This document shows, one piece after another, positions 58,193 to 64,000 of a stretch of DNA of 64,000 nt. Made by a program: the position numbers and the translations under genes. The notes beneath the pieces were generated by a model. It worked only from the letters and a program-made list of their open reading frames with translations, was not told the origin of the DNA and made no database searches. The stretch's first letter is position 1. Each line of letters opens with the position of its first letter. The stretch is from an uncultured Chloroflexia bacterium (lineage in GTDB: Bacteria > Chloroflexota > Limnocylindria > Limnocylindrales > CSP1-4). Where the stretch lies: the NCBI GenBank assembly GCA_963712745.1, contig CAVQJC010000005.1:96001-160000 (forward strand). Direction: 5' to 3'.

Positions 58193-58350
58193 GCAAGCGG
58201 AGGTGGGAGTCGGAACACGGTGTCGGAGCGCCGTGTTCGGGCGTCTCAGCCGTTCACACGGCCGAGACAGCTACTAGACAGCGACCGCTGACAGGCCTAC
58301 GCTCGACGCCACGACGCTTCGTGGAAGGCCCCAAGGAGGTCGAGGTTCGC

Positions 58351-58866
58351 ATGCGCAGGACACAGACGATAGCGGCGATGATCACGGCGGCAGCGATGCT
58401 GCTGGCGATAGTGGCACCGGCGACCGCACGAGACCAGGTCGGTATCGCTAAGGGAACCGTCGAATGGGCGCTGCGGGGAGGTGCGGTCCCGGGGATCGTG
58501 TCGGAGTTCCGCGTCCGCGACGGCGAGCCCGGGACGGACTCCCAGGTCGGCGATGGCGGCACATACCACCTCTATCGCCCGGGTCCGGTGCCGGGGACCC
58601 TGACTATCGACGTGTCCTGCGTGCGGGTCGAGGACGGCTGGGCCGAGTTCGCTGGCGTCACGACCGAAGCCACGGGTGTCTACGTGGAGGACGAGGTCTG
58701 GCTCGTGTCGGTCGTCGACGGCGGACGCGGATGGACCGCAGACGACATCGGCATGAAGAGCAAGGGTTTCGACGAGGACGCCGGCTGCGCGGCTGCGCTC
58801 GATGAGCAGCAGTTCGGGCGCAAGGGCGTCATCTCCGGCGGCAACATCAAGATCCGCACCCGCTGA
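58351..58866 (+). CDS. Secreted hypothetical protein
   Basis: Signal peptide; GAGGT RBS. Confidence 0.75.
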   Translation: MRRTQTIAAMITAAAMLLAIVAPATARDQVGIAKGTVEWALRGGAVPGIVSEFRVRDGEPGTDSQVGDGGTYHLYRPGPVPGTLTIDVSCVRVEDGWAEFAGVTTEATGVYVEDEVWLVSVVDGGRGWTADDIGMKSKGFDEDAGCAAALDEQQFGRKGVISGGNIKIRTR

Positions 58867-58909
58867 TAGCGGACCGATCGCCGTTCAACGATCGAGGGTC
58901 GATCCCAGC

Positions 58910-59446
58910 TTGAGGGCCGTCCATCCGCTCGCGGTCATCGGGGTGGCGCTGGCCCTGAGCGCGTCGGCGCTCTCGCCGGCGGCGGCGGTGGTGCGCTTTG
59001 AGCCGAAGGCCGAACCCGTTCCCGTGCGCTGGCCGGCGGAGGTCGCGGTGGCCGTGGAGTGGGCGGGTGTCTCGATGCGCATCCCGGCTTCCTGGAAGGT
59101 CAGCATCAAGCGCGAGCCAGGCACAGGTATCGGGAGCGGCGCATCACTGATGACCGCATCCGGTCCGGGTGACACCCTCTGCATGCTGGACGTGTTCGAC
59201 CCGGAGCGGGTGGAGACCTGGCAGGACGTGGGCGTGGAGGCTGCCGACGAGCTGACCATCTCCGGCCACCGCACCGAGCGTTTCGACGACATGTGGGGGA
59301 CGGGCGCCAGTGTCTCGAGCGCGTACTCCATCCACGCCCGCGGGTACGTCTATTCACTCCTATGCTCCGCCGAACGGGCACCCATCGACCGCTGGCTCTC
59401 GATCGCCGAGACGTTCGAGTTCCTGTCCGGGTCGGCCGAAGGCTGA
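58910..59446 (+). CDS. Secreted hypothetical protein (PsbP-like pattern)
   Basis: Signal peptide; GVSMRIPASW..WLSIAETFEFL. Confidence 0.65.
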   Translation: MRAVHPLAVIGVALALSASALSPAAAVVRFEPKAEPVPVRWPAEVAVAVEWAGVSMRIPASWKVSIKREPGTGIGSGASLMTASGPGDTLCMLDVFDPERVETWQDVGVEAADELTISGHRTERFDDMWGTGASVSSAYSIHARGYVYSLLCSAERAPIDRWLSIAETFEFLSGSAEG

Positions 59447-59566
59447 GTCGCCTGGGCTGAGCATCTGGAGCCCGCGGACCCCCGGGACCGTGAGCGCCAT
59501 CGCCGCTGGGGGGCCGTGGGGGGTCGGTCCCGCTGGGGGGTCGGTCGCCGCTGGGGGGTCGAGTCC

Positions 59567-59707
59567 CGCTCAACGGTTGAGTTCGACCAGCGCGACCCAG
59601 GATCTGCAGGTTCTGCTCGCGCGGTGCAAAGGGCTGACACCTTTGGTCACCAGGTGCACGAAACCTGCAGGAATCGAGCCCCGGACGTCGAGCTGTCCCG
59701 CTGAGCG
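59567..59707 (-). mobile_element. MITE-like element, copy M4
   Basis: Close to M3; flanked by minisatellites on both sides. Confidence 0.7.
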
Positions 59708-59956
59708 GCAAGCGGTGTCAACGGCAAGCGGCGGCCGGGTGAACGCCACGCGGCGGCTGCGGCAAGCGGCGGCTGAGGCAAGCGGCGGCTGGGATGAACG
59801 CCAGACAGCGGCCGAGATGAACGGCGGCGTGGGAACGGAGGCTCGACGGCAAGCGGCGGCCGAGATGAACGACTGAGTGCGAGCGGCGACCACGGCAAGG
59901 GCTGCGGCCACGGCAAGGGCGGCGACCACGGCAAGGGCTGCGACCACGGCAGGCTG
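59708..59956. repeat. Minisatellites (GGCAAGCGGCGGC; 18-bp GCGACCACGGCAAGGGCT x4)
   Basis: Visible tandem units. Confidence 0.8.
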
Positions 59957-59969
59957 CGAACCGCCGAGC

Positions 59970-61568
59970 CTAGCCTCCGACCGGCACCAGGTGGACCGGG
60001 TTGCCCTTGAGGTTGACCTCCCAGGTGGTGGTGTCGTTGCCGCCGCGGGAGATGGTGTATTCCACCTTCCACCAGCCCGGCTCGGACTCGCCCGTGGGGG
60101 TGAGGTCGTCGGCGCCCTGGCCGTAGTCGGAGCCGAGCGGCACGCTGATGTCGATCCAGTGGTTGTTGAACAGGCTCTTGCCGTCGCGCGCCGTCTGGAT
60201 GACGTTCACGTTCGTGCCTGAAGTGCCGTTGGTGGCGGTGTAGCTGAAGCTGGCGTTGGCGTAGGCCGTGGCGCCCGGCCGCTTCAGGCGAAGGTAGGCG
60301 TTGCCGCCCACGTCACCCGGGTCGAAGAGGCGGATCTGCATGGTCTTGCCGGCGTGGACCGCCTCGATCTGGGCCAGGTAGAAGGTGGCCAGCGAGCCGT
60401 CGATGTTGTTGTACGAGACCATCCGTCCCAGGCCGTGGACACGCGGGCTGCTGGGACCGCCGGTGGCGATGGCCTGGATGCCGTACATGTTCTCGGCATT
60501 GGTGCCGCTGTTGGCCTCGCTCGTGGTCTGCACCTGGAGCCGATACGTGCCCGGCGCGAGCCCGCTCATCAGCGGCCACCAGGTGTTGTGGTAGGTGGTG
60601 TCGCCCGAGCAGTCGTCGCTATTGCTGCCGTTGTAGTTGCCGTCGCTGTATTCCGCGTTCCCGCGGTAGTCACCCTTGTCCACCTGGTCCTCGCCCGAGA
60701 AGATCTTGTAGGCGACCTGGATGTCATCCCCGGTGACCCAGGGCGTCTGGCGCGTGTCCCACAGCGTGAACTCGGTCGTGACGGGGCGCCCGCCCTCACC
60801 GATCCAGTGGTCGCCGGTACCCAGGTAGATCCTGCCCGTGGGGTCCTGGCCCACGGCACAGAAGGTGGCATCGAAGAGGTAGACGCGGCCGTTGCTGGAG
60901 CCCTCGGGGATGATGACCTGGTAGTGGTGCCCTCCGTCCTGGTGGTCGGGGTTGGGGTCGCCGTCGTTGTTGGCCGGCGAGATAGCGTCGCCGTTCCTGC
61001 GAAAGCCACCGAGCGTGATGGCGGCTCCCCACAGACCCTGCGAGGCAAGGGTCGAGCCGTCATCGGCGGCGCTGGGCACGGCGGCGGTCGTGGGGCCGGT
61101 CGAGTCGATCCCGTCCCAGGAGACCAGCTCGTACACGCCGTAGTAACCCTGCGGCGATCCCATCGGCACCGGCAACGCGTATTCGGCACTGGCCGACACC
61201 TTGGCGTCGACGCTGCTGAGCCCGATGGCGTTGGCGAAGAACGTGGTCACCGGCGCGTCGATGTCGACCTCCAGGCGGCGGATGTTGACCGGGTCCTGCC
61301 TGACCGCGATGGACACCCCGTCGGCTCCGTGCTGGTACGAGTTCTTGGCCGCCTCGGCGCGGGCCACGGACACGGCCGTGGGCACATCGCCCGGCAGGTG
61401 GATGGCCCCCGCCAGCGCCGCCGCCTCTGCCGCGCGGTGCATCAACTGCTGGTTGTACCACCACCAGGAGGCATCCACGGCCACGGCCGAGGCGCCCAGG
61501 ATGACGAAGACGGCCAATGTGAACAGCACCAGCACCTGGCCTCGTTCCCCGCGTCGCACGTCGCGCAT
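59970..61568 (-). CDS. TadG-like pilus assembly protein
   Basis: ERGQVLVLF..AVD..AAEAAALAGA. Confidence 0.88.
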   Translation of the reverse strand: MRDVRRGERGQVLVLFTLAVFVILGASAVAVDASWWWYNQQLMHRAAEAAALAGAIHLPGDVPTAVSVARAEAAKNSYQHGADGVSIAVRQDPVNIRRLEVDIDAPVTTFFANAIGLSSVDAKVSASAEYALPVPMGSPQGYYGVYELVSWDGIDSTGPTTAAVPSAADDGSTLASQGLWGAAITLGGFRRNGDAISPANNDGDPNPDHQDGGHHYQVIIPEGSSNGRVYLFDATFCAVGQDPTGRIYLGTGDHWIGEGGRPVTTEFTLWDTRQTPWVTGDDIQVAYKIFSGEDQVDKGDYRGNAEYSDGNYNGSNSDDCSGDTTYHNTWWPLMSGLAPGTYRLQVQTTSEANSGTNAENMYGIQAIATGGPSSPRVHGLGRMVSYNNIDGSLATFYLAQIEAVHAGKTMQIRLFDPGDVGGNAYLRLKRPGATAYANASFSYTATNGTSGTNVNVIQTARDGKSLFNNHWIDISVPLGSDYGQGADDLTPTGESEPGWWKVEYTISRGGNDTTTWEVNLKGNPVHLVPVGG

Positions 61569-61578
61569 TCGAATCCTC

Positions 61579-62199
61579 CTAGCTCGACGGGTTCAGCGCC
61601 ATGACGGTGTGGTTGGGCATGCCCAGGGTCATCGACTGCGAGCCGCCGAGGTACTGGCTGAAGGCAGCCAGGGGCGTCTTGAACTGGTAGTCGTAGTCGA
61701 TGCGCACACCGAGTGAATCGGGCGAGCCGCTGTTGACCCGCTGGCAGGCCGGCCAGCCGACCGAGTCGGCGTAGAAGTCGAGGATGTCCTGGTCCTCGCT
61801 GGGATCCATGTCCGGACCCGAGCCTGCCAGGTACCTCCAGACGTTGGCCTGGTCGCCGATCTGGGCGCCGGTAGCGTCGGCCTTGTAGATTTTGATCTCC
61901 CCGACGTCGGAGAGCGACACCGCCGAGCCGGGCGACTCGAGCACGCCCTGGACGGCGGCGATGATCTGGGCATCGACGGCCTCTGGATCGGGCCCGCCGG
62001 AGCAGTTGGCCACGCCCGCGGCCGCCAGCCCGGAGCCGGTGCGTGCGCCCTCGCGCGTGGCCTGGCTGAGCGTCAGCTCGTCCTTGAAGGCCAGCCCGAA
62101 CTCGAGAGCGATGAGCAGGATGAAGAGGAAGACGGGGACGAGCAGGGCCATCTCGACGAGCGCTACGCCCTGTTCGTCCGACCGGTCCTGGCGGTTCAC
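61579..62199 (-). CDS. TadE-like pseudopilin
   Basis: GVALVEMALLVP..ATREGAR. Confidence 0.9.
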   Translation of the reverse strand: MNRQDRSDEQGVALVEMALLVPVFLFILLIALEFGLAFKDELTLSQATREGARTGSGLAAAGVANCSGGPDPEAVDAQIIAAVQGVLESPGSAVSLSDVGEIKIYKADATGAQIGDQANVWRYLAGSGPDMDPSEDQDILDFYADSVGWPACQRVNSGSPDSLGVRIDYDYQFKTPLAAFSQYLGGSQSMTLGMPNHTVMALNPSS

Positions 62200-62912
62200 A
62201 GCACCGGCTCCATGCGCACGGTGTTGCGGTGCTGGAATGTCCAGGTCTGACCACCGGCATCGACGGCGCCGAACATGTCGAGCAGGCCGCCGAGCGGGGT
62301 CACGAAGCGATGGCGGTAGGTGACCTCGACGGCGATGGTATCGACCGTGTCACGTGATGGGCCCAGGTCCGGGCAGCCGCGCAGGATCGCGCAACGGTCG
62401 TCCTCGGGATAAGCCGGCGCACCCGAACCGGCGCTCGAGTAGGGCACGGTCACCGTGCTCCCATCGGCCATGTCGCAGTCGGTCGAGCCGACGCGGTCGT
62501 AGGCGTTGGCGGCGACGATGATGCCCGACGGAGTGGTGCGCTGTACCTGCACGGACCTGATCTCCGCCTTGTCGGTGGGAGAGCCCACCAGCTGCTCGAC
62601 GCGGCCGAGGACGAGGCAGTCAGCGCCGGGCGTGCTGCCCAGCTGCCCCGCCAGCCCGACCGCGTCCTGGCTGGCACGGTTGATGCCGAGGAAGGCGTTG
62701 GCCGCGAAGGCGAACTCGATGACCGCGGTGAGCATCACGAAGAAGAGCGGGATGACCATGGCAAACTCCACCAGCGTCTGTCCGCGGCTGCGGTCCGGAC
62801 GCGGCTGAAGCAGGAGCGACCGCGGGCCCGACGACTCCACCTCTGCGACCCCTCCCCCCGGGCCGTCGAGGCGCTGTCGTCGGGCACGGGTGACGAGCAG
62901 TGGGCGATCCAT
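62196..62912 (-). CDS. TadE-like pseudopilin
   Basis: RGQTLVEFAMVIP. Confidence 0.88.
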   Translation of the reverse strand: MDRPLLVTRARRQRLDGPGGGVAEVESSGPRSLLLQPRPDRSRGQTLVEFAMVIPLFFVMLTAVIEFAFAANAFLGINRASQDAVGLAGQLGSTPGADCLVLGRVEQLVGSPTDKAEIRSVQVQRTTPSGIIVAANAYDRVGSTDCDMADGSTVTVPYSSAGSGAPAYPEDDRCAILRGCPDLGPSRDTVDTIAVEVTYRHRFVTPLGGLLDMFGAVDAGGQTWTFQHRNTVRMEPVL

Positions 62913-63099
62913 CTCGTGCGCATGCTAGGGAGCGCGAGCACTCCGACACAGGGACGAGGTGGTCAACCGACCGTGACCGGACAGTTCCAGTCGCGGGTGT
63001 GGAGGCGGGCGGTTGCGTAGGCAGAGTGATAGGCCGATGGGTCGCCCGTGGTGACCATCCGATGGTGACCGGACCCGGTACCGACAGATCCCGGGTCGG

Positions 63100-63209
63100 T
63101 GCCTACCGATGAGCTCCCGCGCGACCGGCGGACGGCCGCGCTGGACGACACGTTCGGTGCGCTCCCGGACCTCGTCGTGCCGTCGCGTGACGAGTGGGAC
63201 CGTGGCTAG
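63100..63209 (+). pseudogene. Possible antitoxin C-terminal remnant
   Basis: AALDDTFGALPDLVVPSRDEWDRG* overlaps the vapC start; in-frame stop near 63066 and no RHH N-terminus. Confidence 0.5.
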
Positions 63210-63552
63210 GGTCCTCGTCGACACGGACGTCTTCATCGACCACCTTCGCGGCGCCCGGGCCCTCCGGCCGGGGGCAGACGCGCTCCACTACTCGGTCGTC
63301 ACCCGGGCAGAGCTCTTCGCCGGCCGTGGCTCGGAGGAGGCTCCGGTCGACTCGCTCCTCGCGCCGTTCATCGAATTGCCGGTCGAGAGGACGGTCGCCG
63401 AACGAGCCGGAAGGCTCCGCCGAGCATCCGGGATGCGCATGCTCGATGCCCTCATCGCGGCGACGGCCATGGAACACGGCTGCACGCTGGTGACCCGGAA
63501 CCGCGCCGACTTCGACGGTATCGAGGGACTGCGCATGCAGGTCCCTCGCTAG
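63202..63552 (+). CDS. vapC: VapC toxin
   Basis: VLVDTDVFID, AEL, DALIAATA, TRNRADF. Confidence 0.9.
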   Translation: MARVLVDTDVFIDHLRGARALRPGADALHYSVVTRAELFAGRGSEEAPVDSLLAPFIELPVERTVAERAGRLRRASGMRMLDALIAATAMEHGCTLVTRNRADFDGIEGLRMQVPR

Positions 63553-63617
63553 GCACGAGGGCTGCGGGTCTCGCCTGCCCCGCGGATGACCGCTCGTCGC
63601 CTATGTCGACTCGTCGC

Positions 63618-64000
63618 CTACTCGATGGTGACCGGCCCCGGCATGGTCAGACCCAGGTGGACGATGAGCGCGTCGAGCTCCGCGAGCGTGGAGTCATCGA
63701 GGGCCGGATACGGTCGGCGGGGCGCCGCGTGGTCCATCGCTCCGCGCATGCGGTAGATGAGCTTGCGCAGGGGCAGGTTCAGGCCCGGCTGGTTCTCGTA
63801 GCGGATGAGTGGCAGGTAGCGGTAGAACGTGTCGCGCGCCCGCTCCACGTCACCGGCACGGAAGTCCCGGTAGATCGAGACCAGGATCTCCGGGAAGCCG
63901 AAGCCCGTCATCATGCCCACCACCCCGCGCTGCAACTCCTCGAGCATGAAGTTGCCGCCCAGACCCCCGAAGATCGCGACGTCGGGGTTGGCCTCCAGGA
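63618..64000 (-). CDS. Dihydrodipicolinate synthase family protein (C-terminal part; 5' end outside the window)
   Basis: IFGGLGG..EELQRG..GMMTGF..KLIYRMRG..RRP. Confidence 0.75.
   Translation of the reverse strand, partial: LEANPDVAIFGGLGGNFMLEELQRGVVGMMTGFGFPEILVSIYRDFRAGDVERARDTFYRYLPLIRYENQPGLNLPLRKLIYRMRGAMDHAAPRRPYPALDDSTLAELDALIVHLGLTMPGPVTIE

Overview
High-GC bacterial DNA. The gene repertoire suggests Chloroflexota or Actinomycetota (inference only). The window has two parts. (1) About 1-27 kb is a mosaic of small, unrelated cargo blocks: methyltransferases, hydrolases, toxin-antitoxin pairs, hypA/hypB, an Fe-S protein and many truncated genes. These blocks are separated by about 10 co-oriented copies of a ~200-bp non-coding element. 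On the minus strand that element reads: direct-repeat motif, putative promoter, the 5' half (39 nt) of a tRNA-Pro ending just after the anticodon loop, then more direct-repeat motifs. It resembles an attP-type junction repeated in tandem, i.e. a tRNA-Pro-anchored, integron-like cassette array. No integrase and no intact tRNA are visible in the window. Three copies of a c-di-GMP-II-like riboswitch with a non-canonical pocket lie inside the array, as do near-exact cassette duplications. (2) About 27-64 kb is ordinary chromosome: FabF, a B12 radical SAM, a cyclase-ATPase-TPR protein, a Tes/GDGT-MAS-like radical SAM beside an Lgt-like gene, secreted proteins, surface glycosylation genes, galK, TadE/TadG pilus genes, and four copies of a ~141-bp MITE-like element embedded in minisatellites. 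All calls come from reading the sequence by eye; no database searches were run.
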